From the NCBI GenBank assembly GCA_038897215.1, contig JAWAWX010000001.1, positions 768,001 through 832,000 of the forward strand: a DNA stretch of 64,000 bases, read 5' to 3'. The notes under the pieces were generated by a model. The model was not told the origin of the DNA, made no database searches, and worked only from the letters and a program-made list of their open reading frames with translations. Each line of letters starts with the position of its first letter. The stretch's first letter is position 1. The DNA comes from Acidilobaceae archaeon. Its GTDB lineage: Archaea; Thermoproteota; Thermoprotei_A; Sulfolobales; Acidilobaceae. Positions 30,446 to 39,670 of this stretch are shown here, piece after piece. A program made the position numbers and the translations under genes.

Positions 30446-30509
30446 GCTAGTGGCATTCGAGAAGACTCGATCTCCTCTTGCTTCATGTTCTTCTCTTCTA
30501 TCAAAATCT

Positions 30510-31103
30510 CTACAACTCTATGTGGTGCACGATTATCTCCTCGAAGAAGAAGCGTCTAGAAGCGATTACTCGAGCCCTCTTCCCCTCTCTCACTGCTATC
30601 TCTTCAACTCTCACTGGCGAGAGACTAGAGGAGACTATGACGGCTTCTCTAGCAACTCTAACGGCTTCTAGCACGAGTTCTTTCATCGAGCTAGCTCCAC
30701 TCCAAGCTAGGTCGAGCCAATCATCGCAGTCTCGAGGAGAGAGATTGCGGGGCTCGATCGGGAGATAGGGTGGATTCAGTATCGCTAAGTCCCAACCGGC
30801 TTCGAGACACGAGGCCCCATCACATCTAGCTACTAGAATCTCAGGAGGCAGGTTTCTGCGAGAGACTCTTACCGCGTACGGGGATAAGTCTGTAGCAACT
30901 AGCCTTAGTGGCTTGAAGAGCTCGTAGGCTAGAAGAGCTAGCACTCCCGTGCCTGAACCTATCTCGATTATGCTGTGATATCGTCTCCCCTCCTTCGCCA
31001 AGGCTGTCAGAGCTTCGGCTGCAAGCCAGGTATCATCTGAGGGCTCGTAGACGCAGGGGTTGAGCTCTAAATCCTCTCTGATTTTATCGATGAGCTTCGA
31101 TAT
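30510..31103 (-). CDS. HemK2/MTQ2-family (aKMT-like) protein methyltransferase; start uncertain
   Basis: VYEPSDDT, EIGSGTG and NPPYLP motifs; follows ksgA. The tracked N-terminus overlaps ksgA; the likely start is ATA at 31103. Confidence 0.82.
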   Translation of the reverse strand: MSKLIDKIREDLELNPCVYEPSDDTWLAAEALTALAKEGRRYHSIIEIGSGTGVLALLAYELFKPLRLVATDLSPYAVRVSRRNLPPEILVARCDGASCLEAGWDLAILNPPYLPIEPRNLSPRDCDDWLDLAWSGASSMKELVLEAVRVAREAVIVSSSLSPVRVEEIAVREGKRARVIASRRFFFEEIIVHHIEL

Positions 31104-31105
31104 CG

Positions 31106-31912
31106 TTAAAGCTCTATTGTTAACGCTATCTTCTCTAGGTCCTCTGGGCTCAGCTCTCTTACTCTCTTCTCTCCGAGAGAGAGGTCCTCTAGCTCTATCT
31201 CGAAGCATCTCCTCACCATCTTTGCTACCTTCTTGTTTCTCCCCGTAAACAGACACCTAGCTACAGCCTCCACTAGGTCGTCTTCGCGACTCCACGCTTT
31301 TCTTCTCACTAGCTTCACTACCGCTCCATGCACCTCGGGTTCTGGGAAGTAGTATTCTGAGGGGATCACTCCGACCTTCTCCACGGAGAAGACTCTCTGG
31401 GTTACTGCTGTCAGCCTTCCGTAGCTCTCGGAGCCGGGCTTGGCTAAGAGTCTCTCAGCGACTTCTAGCTGAACTCCTAGAACCGCTTCTCTCACATGGT
31501 TGTTTCTAGCCAGTGCTAGAATCAGAGGAGCCGAGATGTTGTATGGAGTGTTAGAGTAGACAGCCTCCATTAAAGTGGAGGAAGCGACCTCCACGCCATC
31601 GCCCCTCAAGACTAGAACGTTCTCTAGCCCTAGCTCAGCTAGGAATGAGGCAAGTCTAGGGTGGATCTCCACAGCAACTATGAGCTCCGAGAACTCGGAG
31701 ACAGCTAGAGTTATGGAGCCTACGCCGGGACCGACTTCGAGAAAGCGTCTAGCAAAGCTGGACTCAAGCGCTTCAGCGAAGAGTCTCACTCCTCGAGGGT
31801 CTACTAGAAAATGTTGCCCGAGCCTCTTGCTAGGCCTGACTCCGGAGGCGTCTAGTGCTCTCCTAGTGTACTCTAGGAGGTCTCTGCGAGTCTTCAGGGA
31901 TCTAAGCACCAC
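31106..31912 (-). CDS. ksgA: 16S rRNA m6,2A dimethyltransferase
   Basis: KRLGQHFL, EVGPG.G, NTPYNIS, YGRL and F.PEP.V motifs. Confidence 0.95.
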   Translation of the reverse strand: MVLRSLKTRRDLLEYTRRALDASGVRPSKRLGQHFLVDPRGVRLFAEALESSFARRFLEVGPGVGSITLAVSEFSELIVAVEIHPRLASFLAELGLENVLVLRGDGVEVASSTLMEAVYSNTPYNISAPLILALARNNHVREAVLGVQLEVAERLLAKPGSESYGRLTAVTQRVFSVEKVGVIPSEYYFPEPEVHGAVVKLVRRKAWSREDDLVEAVARCLFTGRNKKVAKMVRRCFEIELEDLSLGEKRVRELSPEDLEKIALTIEL

Positions 31913-32792
31913 CTCTCTTCCTCGCGTAAAGCGATCTCCTCATCTTCTCAATATAGTCTAGGAATGGAGCAGAGTAATCGCTCGGCTCTACGAAGAGATA
32001 GTATTTCGCTTCACCCCTGATCTCCTCGACGATCTTACCCGCTAAGAGCTCTACGGGGTCTGCCTTGATTATCTTCTTCACCTCCTCGAATGTCTCGAAA
32101 GGCTTCTGAGCTCTCTTCTCTAGAAGACTCTGAACAGTCTTCTTACCTATCCCGGAGAAGAGGTCAAGAGTATGTAGCCGTATGTTGATCGGCTCGGCTA
32201 CGTTGAAGAACTCCACGAACGTCCGCTCGTCAGCTTGTATCACTCTCTTGACAGCCTCAACTAGATTCTCCTTGGCTATATCAGTGAGCTCAGCATAGCT
32301 CAGAGGCTTCTGAGGAACTACGAGGATCTTCTCAGGTAATCCTCGCTCAGAAGCTATCCTAGACAGCTCGGTCGGAGAGTCTACTAGGAGAGCCCAGCCT
32401 CCCTCACTCTGAATAGCTTCTCTTAGCAAGTCCTCGGTCCATGAGTCTAGCTCTGTGAGAGAATAGCAGTACGAAGTCTTCTCCGGTCCTGGGAGACACG
32501 CGAGAACCACGTTCACCTTCCTGAATCTAGTTCCTCTCACGTCTACAGGCTGAGTGAGAAGCCGGGTCACTTCTCTAGCTAGAGTTACTCTCTCGAAGAC
32601 CTCTACGTCAGAGAGAGGGATGCCGTCGACTAGAGTAAACCTCCTGACTCCGACAGCTTGAGCTACAGGCTTACCCTTATGCTCTTTGTGAGGGTCTGAC
32701 TCTATACCGCTCGGGCTGTAATCGAGTATAACGGCTTCTCTCTCGAGAGCAGCTACATGCACTCTCCTAGATTGAAACTGAGCTCTATCCAC
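31902..32792 (-). CDS. DUF655 putative RNA-binding protein
   Basis: ILDY, VAQAVG...FTL, FFN.AEPI..RLH.L....GIGKK; conserved rpoF-ksgA neighbourhood. Confidence 0.85.
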   Translation of the reverse strand: MDRAQFQSRRVHVAALEREAVILDYSPSGIESDPHKEHKGKPVAQAVGVRRFTLVDGIPLSDVEVFERVTLAREVTRLLTQPVDVRGTRFRKVNVVLACLPGPEKTSYCYSLTELDSWTEDLLREAIQSEGGWALLVDSPTELSRIASERGLPEKILVVPQKPLSYAELTDIAKENLVEAVKRVIQADERTFVEFFNVAEPINIRLHTLDLFSGIGKKTVQSLLEKRAQKPFETFEEVKKIIKADPVELLAGKIVEEIRGEAKYYLFVEPSDYSAPFLDYIEKMRRSLYARKRGGA

Positions 32793-33211
32793 GAGAGCGT
32801 TCCCAGAGCGATAGTAACGTGAATGCTTTTAAACGCTTGACCACTTAGCCTTAATTAAGTCAAGGCTGGAAGAGGCTATAGGGTACTGTCGAGCTTTACG
32901 TTCACGTGCGCGTTGAGACCCCCATTTAGCTCCACTCCTCTCGCTCGATAAGCGAAGCTCTTCTTAGTTAAGAACAGGTCATAATCGTGGCTATGCTCTC
33001 GCTCTAGGCCCTACAACTCCCCCCAATCAAGCCATACCCTCATTTTGATGTTTCACGGAAAAAGCCACAAGCTTGCTCAACGCGAGAGTATCGATACCTT
33101 TATCAATCGTGGCAACTCCGCTCTCTCTTTCCCGCGTCTACGTACTCCTTTCCGAACACGAGTTGCGCGAGAACGAGTTCTCTAGGATATCTCTTCGGCT
33201 ATGGACTCCTA

Positions 33212-33580
33212 CTAGTCTCGCGCGAGTGTAGCCTGGCTTCTGTCTAGGCAGACTCTTCGAGTTACGGCTAGGATGTTTGAGACAACCTCTGGGTCTACGG
33301 GTACGTCTTTGAACGCTGAGAGCACTAGCCTGACCTCTCCTTCACTCTGTAGACACAAGTCGACTATATTCACGGCAGCCTCTATAGGCATGCCTAGCTT
33401 TAGCAAGCTCTCAACAGCGCTTCTAGACTCCTCTACGTCTAGCTTACCGAATACCATCAAGTAGTCACGAGTCCTATTGATTATCTCTAGCGTTTTCTCT
33501 CCTTCTTCAAGCCTCTCCTCTATAATCTTTCTCGCCTCGTGAGTAGTTATGTACCTCTTGCTCAGAATCCGTCTCTCCAA
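33212..33580 (-). CDS. rpo4: RNA polymerase subunit Rpo4 (RpoF)
   Basis: RTRDYL..F.K and A..IVD motifs; follows rpl21e. Confidence 0.88.
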   Translation of the reverse strand: MERRILSKRYITTHEARKIIEERLEEGEKTLEIINRTRDYLMVFGKLDVEESRSAVESLLKLGMPIEAAVNIVDLCLQSEGEVRLVLSAFKDVPVDPEVVSNILAVTRRVCLDRSQATLARD

Positions 33581-33602
33581 GAGCCGGCCCCTCTCTCCGC
33601 TC

Positions 33603-33929
33603 CTAGCTTGTCGTCTCGGTGGAAGCTATGAGAGGCTTGAGGTGATGGGGGGCTACTATGAGGGTTTTCTCTTTCTCTCCTAAGTTGACTCTGACTATAT
33701 AGCACTCTCCTCTCTTCCCCGCAATTACGCCCGTCTTCCCGTGATATCTTCTATGCGGCATGCCCTCGTGGAAGGACGGGTTGATCACTATGGCTATCCT
33801 CTCGCCCACAGAGTACTCTCTGAGTAGCACGCTTACTCTAGGAACTGCTCCTCTTTCTCTCACATTCTTTCTCAACAGCTTCCTAGTTCTATGTCTGTAG
33901 CCGCGGGGAGCCTTGACCAAGAGCTTCAC
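33603..33929 (-). CDS. rpl21e: 50S ribosomal protein L21e
   Basis: GYRHRTRKLL and GMPHRRYHGKTG motifs. Confidence 0.97.
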   Translation of the reverse strand: MKLLVKAPRGYRHRTRKLLRKNVRERGAVPRVSVLLREYSVGERIAIVINPSFHEGMPHRRYHGKTGVIAGKRGECYIVRVNLGEKEKTLIVAPHHLKPLIASTETTS

Positions 33930-33996
33930 CTAGTGCTCGAGCCGAGAGAGGGCTATTTAAGGTTTTAGCTTGTAGTCGTGGACCCCTCGGGCTTAC

Positions 33997-35307
33997 TCAT
34001 GTTTTCAAGCTGACCTCTACTACGTCTAGCTCGATGCAGTAAGCGTTTCTACCGAGAGCTTCTGAAAAGCTGGGAGTAGTTCTGTTATCGTCTCCGCTAA
34101 CCAGCTCCTTTACGTACAATCCTCCCTCGGTTTTTATCAAACACTCGACTACAGCAGAGTTTACCTTAGTGCATACCACCTTCTCGACTCTCCTGACCCT
34201 GCTAGTGTCTCTCTTTCTGCCCAAGACCCTCTTGGGCGTTCTTTGGAGTATCGTGGCTCCCGTGAGCTTCTGCTCTAGCAACCGTAGCTCGTCGTCGCTC
34301 ACACCCCCTTCTACGGCGATGAGCGCTCTGTAGGTCTTGCTCTTGACTGCTAGCTCCTCCTTGTATATTCTGATAACGTCTCTGGACTCAGCGAGCCCCT
34401 CTACGCTGAACTCAATGACATTCATAGCTAGAGAGTTCAAGGCGTTCTCGAGTTCTCTCAAGCCGAGACTCCAGACTTTAGGAGCCTTCACCTCGACGAG
34501 AGCGGGTCTCCCTGACCCGAGCATTCTAGCATCTATATCCTCCCGTCCCGAAGCATGTAATACCACGCTCTCTCCTCTCGTCGTAGCGAGGACCCCAGTA
34601 GCGGCTTCCTCTATAGAGAAGTACCTAGGGCCTCCTATGGTGGGCCAGTAGGCTTGACTTATCATTCTACCCTTCTTCCAGTATCTACACTTAATCAACA
34701 AGCTAGAAGCCTGGACCTCGATAGAGCCCTCTGGGAACTTGACGACTAGAGTTACGTCGGGGTGCTTGAAGTCGGGCGTGAGACCTGTCAGCTTCTGCAC
34801 TCTCTTCCCGACCTCTCTCCTGATCTCGCTCTTGAGAGACTCCCAAAAGCTGAGACCATACTTGCTTGCTATCTCCTCTTCTCTCTTCAAGTAGCTCTCC
34901 TCACAGACTACTCCGATTAGGAAGCTTCTGGCTCCCTGAGCCTTCAGGATCGACGCGGATTCTCTCGAGGCTTTCTCGATGAATTCCTCGAGAGAGCTAC
35001 CACATATAGCGCAAAGTCTGGTCTCAGGCTTTACCCCGAAGACCTGGACGTAGAGCCCCTCGGCTATCTCGCCGATATTGGGAGCGATGGCTTTCAGCTC
35101 TTCACTAGCGCTCTTGTCCCCATAGCGTATCCTCTCGTGCAACCTCATCACTAAGGTTCTCTTCAAAGCCTCTCCTCTATGTCTGTTATCCCACCCGTAC
35201 CCTAGTCTGGCGAAGAGTCTCCCGAGACACCTATCGCATAGCGGAGCTTCTCGGAGAAGCCTCTCTGCCACCTCGAGGAGGTTCGAACTCTTCTCTGGAG
35301 AACTCAA
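33997..35307 (-). CDS. pus10: tRNA pseudouridine(54/55) synthase Pus10
   Basis: LCDRCLGR, HASGREDIDARMLG.GRP and GGLYVKELVSGD motifs. Confidence 0.95.
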   Translation of the reverse strand: MSSPEKSSNLLEVAERLLREAPLCDRCLGRLFARLGYGWDNRHRGEALKRTLVMRLHERIRYGDKSASEELKAIAPNIGEIAEGLYVQVFGVKPETRLCAICGSSLEEFIEKASRESASILKAQGARSFLIGVVCEESYLKREEEIASKYGLSFWESLKSEIRREVGKRVQKLTGLTPDFKHPDVTLVVKFPEGSIEVQASSLLIKCRYWKKGRMISQAYWPTIGGPRYFSIEEAATGVLATTRGESVVLHASGREDIDARMLGSGRPALVEVKAPKVWSLGLRELENALNSLAMNVIEFSVEGLAESRDVIRIYKEELAVKSKTYRALIAVEGGVSDDELRLLEQKLTGATILQRTPKRVLGRKRDTSRVRRVEKVVCTKVNSAVVECLIKTEGGLYVKELVSGDDNRTTPSFSEALGRNAYCIELDVVEVSLKT

Positions 35308-35373
35308 GAATAGAGCCCTCTCTACATCCTGATACCTCAGGCTTTTAGCTAGTTGTGATCGCTAGAGTGGTGT

Positions 35374-36738
35374 TCAGAGAGCTCTCGCCTCGCTGGACCT
35401 GTATTCTCGCTTCTTGCGCGCTACTCTCTCTAGAAACTCCTCTACCAGCTCCTCTAGGCTCGGCCCCTCGACTATCTCTACCTCGTAGCTAACTCTAGCT
35501 ATGGGCTTGTCTAGCCTTATCACTCGAGCTAAGTCTATAGGGGCCCCTAGCACGACCGTTTCAGCCGGTATTCTCTCAAGCGTTCTCTCTAAGTCTCTAA
35601 GCTGCTCCTCAGTGTACCCTAGGGTTGGGACGACGGGCCCTATGTGCGGGTAGTCTCTGTAGACTCTCTCTATCCAGCCTACAGCATAGGGTCTAGGGTC
35701 TACCACCTCCGCTCCATGCTCTACAGCTGCAACATATCCTGCTCCATACGGTGCCTCGCCGTGAGTGACTGTGGGCGCATCCTCAACCACTACTACCCTC
35801 TTGCCTGCAACGAGTTCAGGCTTGTCTACGTAGACTCTGCTCACCGCTAGAGATATCCTGGCTCTCGGATTGACTCTCCTCACGTTCTCCACAACCTTCT
35901 TCACGTTCTCCGGCTTAGCTCTATCGACCTTATTTACTATCACAGCATCAGCTAGCCTGATATTGACCTCGCCCGGATAGCTTTCGACCTCCTGCCCTGG
36001 TCTCATGGCGTCAGCTACTGCTATCGAGTAGTCTGGCTTCACTAGAGGCCAGTCGTTATTGCCTCCATCCCAGAGGATTACGTCCGCGTCTCTCTCGGCT
36101 TCCTCGACTACTCTAGCGTAGTCTACCCCAGCATAGACTTTCAAGCCCATTCTCACATAGTGCTCGAACTCTTCTCTCTCCTCTAGAGTTAGATTCATCT
36201 CGTCTAGCTCTTCGAGAGAGGATACTGAAAACACCTCCTTGAAGTCGTTGTAGACCATTGGGTGCCTGACTGGAGCGACTCTATAGCCCTTCTTGGTTAG
36301 TATAGACGCTACCCTTCTAGCCACGCTACTCTTGCCTGCTCCAGTTCTAGTAGCTGTAACAGCTATCACTGGCTTCTCGGATTCAAGCATGGTCTCTCTA
36401 GGTCCTAGTATAGCGAAGGAGGCTCCGGTAGCGAGCACTCTGCTGACTATGCTCCCCAGATTTCTGTACGTGAGGTCGCTGAAGGCTAGCACAACGAGGT
36501 CTACACTCTCCTCCCTAATGACCTCCTCCAGCTTCTCTGCTGGCACTATTCTAACACCCTCGGGGTAGAGGCTTCCAGCAAGTCTAGACGGGTATGCTTC
36601 AAGCGCTACTCCGGGTATCTGGGTTAAAGCGAAGGCAACTACTCTAAACATAGGGTTGTCTCTGAAGACTAGGTTAAAGTTATGGAAGTCTCTCCCACCA
36701 GCTCCTAGCACTAGAACTCTGACTGGGCTTTTTCTCAA
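35374..36738 (-). CDS. CpgS-like P-loop protein, probably arginine synthetase (ArcE) family
   Basis: GAGGRDFHNFN, RTGAGKS, RHPM.Y, EEREE.E, WDGGNND and THG motifs; ArcE assignment from recollection. Confidence 0.7.
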   Translation of the reverse strand: MRKSPVRVLVLGAGGRDFHNFNLVFRDNPMFRVVAFALTQIPGVALEAYPSRLAGSLYPEGVRIVPAEKLEEVIREESVDLVVLAFSDLTYRNLGSIVSRVLATGASFAILGPRETMLESEKPVIAVTATRTGAGKSSVARRVASILTKKGYRVAPVRHPMVYNDFKEVFSVSSLEELDEMNLTLEEREEFEHYVRMGLKVYAGVDYARVVEEAERDADVILWDGGNNDWPLVKPDYSIAVADAMRPGQEVESYPGEVNIRLADAVIVNKVDRAKPENVKKVVENVRRVNPRARISLAVSRVYVDKPELVAGKRVVVVEDAPTVTHGEAPYGAGYVAAVEHGAEVVDPRPYAVGWIERVYRDYPHIGPVVPTLGYTEEQLRDLERTLERIPAETVVLGAPIDLARVIRLDKPIARVSYEVEIVEGPSLEELVEEFLERVARKKREYRSSEARAL

Positions 36739-36946
36739 CTCTCAAGCCCCTGTTAGCGAATATGCGGAAGTCGCAGTTATAAAGTTACACTTGTTACACT
36801 CGATGAATGCTCTTTGACAGCTGTAACTGTTGGATGGAGTCTAGTCTAGTCTTACTCCACTAATCGAGTCGATGTCGAGCATAGCCTTGGAGATTAGCCT
36901 AGTAAAACTATAGTCTCAAGAGAAGCCTAGACTAGAGCGGGGGGAG

Positions 36947-37438
36947 TTGAGGAGAGTTCTGCTACTACTGCCATGCAATAAATGCGTGAGACTCGGAGAC
37001 TACGCTCTCTGCGATAGCTGGAGAAGAGTACTGGCTAGTGTTGGGGACCTCGTCTCAGCAGGGTTGCTCGAGCTAGCAGCTATCGACTCCTGCAAGCCCG
37101 GAGTGGTAGTCTACGGGGAGGAGCTGAGCTACTCTTGGTGTGACATAGAGCCCTACTGGGGTAGGACCTATGGCGGAGATGGCTCTCGATTCGAGATTCT
37201 AGTTGACGCTATAGCTAGAGATTTGAGAGAGCTCTCGCTAGAGTACAGGGCTATAGTAGCATACCTTAACGTCAAGGCGTACAAGCTCGCTGTTCTCGAA
37301 GCATCGAGAAGAACGGGGGTTACAGTATTCGACCTAAGCCCTCCTAGAATGTCGCCGCTCTCCTTCAGGTCTAGGAGGAGTCTGGAGAGGCTGAGGGCGT
37401 CTCTCCTTGAGCTTGTCAGTCTACATAGTGATGCCTGA
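36947..37438 (+). CDS. Stand-alone ArcS/DUF5591-like domain protein
   Basis: LLLLPC N-terminal motif, S..PGVV, Y..IVAY and C-terminal S..SL..L, matching the archaeosine synthase core layout. Confidence 0.6.
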   Translation: MRRVLLLLPCNKCVRLGDYALCDSWRRVLASVGDLVSAGLLELAAIDSCKPGVVVYGEELSYSWCDIEPYWGRTYGGDGSRFEILVDAIARDLRELSLEYRAIVAYLNVKAYKLAVLEASRRTGVTVFDLSPPRMSPLSFRSRRSLERLRASLLELVSLHSDA

Positions 37439-38150
37439 CCTAAGCCTCAGCAAGGTTAGAGCAGTAGAGCTAGCGTCGAGAGAGACGGATTTCGGGGTAC
37501 TCGTCTCCTTCTCAGTGATCAAGATGAAGCCGGTGACTCTCGAGAGGCTAGCTCTGCTACGCTCTCTAACAGACGTCCCCGTCATGCTTGACTCAGGAGC
37601 ATACCATCTAGCGAGACTAGGAGTAGAGGTTAGAGTAGAGGAGTACGCTGAGCTAGCCTCAAGAAACAGCAGGCTCTTCGACACGGTAGTCGCGCCAGAC
37701 ATACCCGGAGACTGTGCTACAACTCTAGAGAGAACGAGAGTCTTCGCTAAGCTCTACGGAGACCAGTTCGTGCCCGTCACTCAAGGGAGGAGCGTCAGAG
37801 ACTACGTTCTCTGTAGCGAGGAGCTAAGCGAGTACGCTGGCGAGAAGCTAGGAGTAGGGGGGCTCGACGGGGAGAAGAAGAGAGCGGGCTTTGTCTCCGA
37901 GCTAGTAGCAGCTCTCCCAAGCGGTCTCCACATCTTCGGAGCAGGGTCCAGGCTAGTAGCAAGCCTCTCTAGGCTAGGGCTAGCGAGAAAAATAGCCTCT
38001 ATAGACAGCTCTGGCTGGCTCGCGGAGATACGCTATAGGAGGAGGAGTGTGCTCAAAGCTGAGAACGTAGTAGAAGCCAACGCTAGAGCTATAGTAGCGT
38101 ACGTGGATAGAGTCAAGAGAGCATACTCCAAGAATGCTCTCGAGCCGTGA
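37407..38150 (+). CDS. Minimal TGT/DpdA-like guanine transglycosylase (no Zn domain)
   Basis: MLDSGAY, APD, PVTQG, GVGGL, HIFG and IDSS in TGT motif order. Confidence 0.75.
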   Translation: MSLSVYIVMPDLSLSKVRAVELASRETDFGVLVSFSVIKMKPVTLERLALLRSLTDVPVMLDSGAYHLARLGVEVRVEEYAELASRNSRLFDTVVAPDIPGDCATTLERTRVFAKLYGDQFVPVTQGRSVRDYVLCSEELSEYAGEKLGVGGLDGEKKRAGFVSELVAALPSGLHIFGAGSRLVASLSRLGLARKIASIDSSGWLAEIRYRRRSVLKAENVVEANARAIVAYVDRVKRAYSKNALEP

Positions 38151-38207
38151 GAGGGGAGAGGGGAAGGTAGAGAGTAAACTAAAGTCGAGGTAGCTAAAGA
38201 GGAAGAG

Positions 38208-38831
38208 TTACTGCTTTACCTTCTCTGTTAGAATGTATACCTTACTGCCCACTATTGACGCATTGGGTATAAGGACTACGGTTTTGTCGTCCTTAGTCAT
38301 CCTAGTGTAGACTATGCCGATCTCGTCTACGTGTCCCTCCTCGCCAACGACGTTGACTCTATCTGCGACCAGCTTGAAGGGCCTTATGAGTATTAGGAAG
38401 AAGCCAGCTACGACCTGAGAGAGGATCTGCTGAGTAGCGTAGCCTACCACGATTGCCAGAAAGCCTGCTAGCGCAACCGCAGCAGCTCCGCCGACCACCG
38501 CGCCTATTATCACAACGACTATGGCTCCCATGCCGACCAGGAATACGGCGTTTCTAACAGCAGCAGCTGTAGCTATATCCTCGTGGCTAGCATAGGTAGC
38601 GTAGAAGGCAGCGTTCGATAAAGCCTTTACTACGAAGTAACCGAAGATTATTATCAGTGCAGCGTTAATGTAGGGATTCAGTCCTGTCAAGTCGACTCCG
38701 AAGATGTCTTTGATGGTAGCGAATATAGCGGCAATGATTGCTCCCACGATTATGTAGAGGATGATGTAGATTAACGCCTTTACTAGCTCTCCTCCAACCC
38801 TCTTCCTAGCCTCTTCTCTCGTCAGGCTCAA
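38208..38831 (-). CDS. Small MscS-family mechanosensitive channel
   Basis: VG.A.Q..LS..VAG....RPF, G.V.EI...YT and IPN motifs. Confidence 0.85.
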   Translation of the reverse strand: MSLTREEARKRVGGELVKALIYIILYIIVGAIIAAIFATIKDIFGVDLTGLNPYINAALIIIFGYFVVKALSNAAFYATYASHEDIATAAAVRNAVFLVGMGAIVVVIIGAVVGGAAAVALAGFLAIVVGYATQQILSQVVAGFFLILIRPFKLVADRVNVVGEEGHVDEIGIVYTRMTKDDKTVVLIPNASIVGSKVYILTEKVKQ

Positions 38832-38902
38832 CTACCACACCATTACCTCCCGCGCTACTCTGAGAAGATATAAGCTTTATAGTCGAGCGTCGATCTCGGA
38901 CC

Positions 38903-39670
38903 TTAGTCTAGATCCCACTTAATGGTCTTACTGAAAAGTATTACAGATGCTAGAAGCCACACTGCGAGAGCTCCAGCGAGTAGCCATAGAGGGTAGACGG
39001 GCTCGGAGATCCCGGCTATCATCCTGAGAGTCTCTGCTCCCAGGCCTGTGGGCGTTAGGAAGACGAGGGGTCTCAGGGCCTCGGGCATGTTGGCCACGGG
39101 GTAGAAGACTGGGGGTATGAAGAATAGGATGAAGAATATCATCCCGTAAATAGAGTATGCTTTCAGGTAGCTCTTCACTCTAGACGCTATATTCATGCCT
39201 ATCAAGGTGCCCAGCAAAGACATCAGTGGAGCGAAGACGAAGGCGAGTAGCACGATCTCAGGCTTTCCAGCTATTATCGAGATCACCAGGATGTAGAAGA
39301 AGTCGGAGGCGAACCCGAAGGTGCAAGCTGCTAGAGCAGAGCCTAGCACAAAGTTCCAGCGCTTGAGCTTAGAGACCATCATCACGTCTAGCACCTTAGT
39401 GAGCCTCCACGTTATGATGACTCTCTGAGCTGCAGTACCCCCTGCGTTGAAAGAGCCTGCTATCATGTAGCCGGAGGCTACTAGGAGGAACGCTATCTTG
39501 CTCTGGAGGAGGAAGTAGAGGAGCACTGTTAGAGCGAAAGCCGTCAAGAGACCGCTGAGAGCAGATTCTAGGTTCCTCCGGAAATCGCCCGAAGCCAGGA
39601 TAGCGACTCCGACCACCTGCTTCAAATCGTTGCGGATGCTCTCAACGATGCCTATCTTCAGTAAGCTCAT
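38903..39670 (-). CDS. ABC-2 type permease
   Basis: Six TM helices; PPVFYPV..MP motif. Confidence 0.8.
   Translation of the reverse strand: MSLLKIGIVESIRNDLKQVVGVAILASGDFRRNLESALSGLLTAFALTVLLYFLLQSKIAFLLVASGYMIAGSFNAGGTAAQRVIITWRLTKVLDVMMVSKLKRWNFVLGSALAACTFGFASDFFYILVISIIAGKPEIVLLAFVFAPLMSLLGTLIGMNIASRVKSYLKAYSIYGMIFFILFFIPPVFYPVANMPEALRPLVFLTPTGLGAETLRMIAGISEPVYPLWLLAGALAVWLLASVILFSKTIKWDLD

Noticed and set aside
30372-30671. Arg-rich ORF MRIWCSRWLRRRR..., superficially like L41e
   Set aside because: It is an alternative frame of the purine tract, lacks the KWxKKR pattern and runs 99 aa into the opposite-strand methyltransferase. The Lys/Glu frame has the cleaner RBS, stop and terminator.
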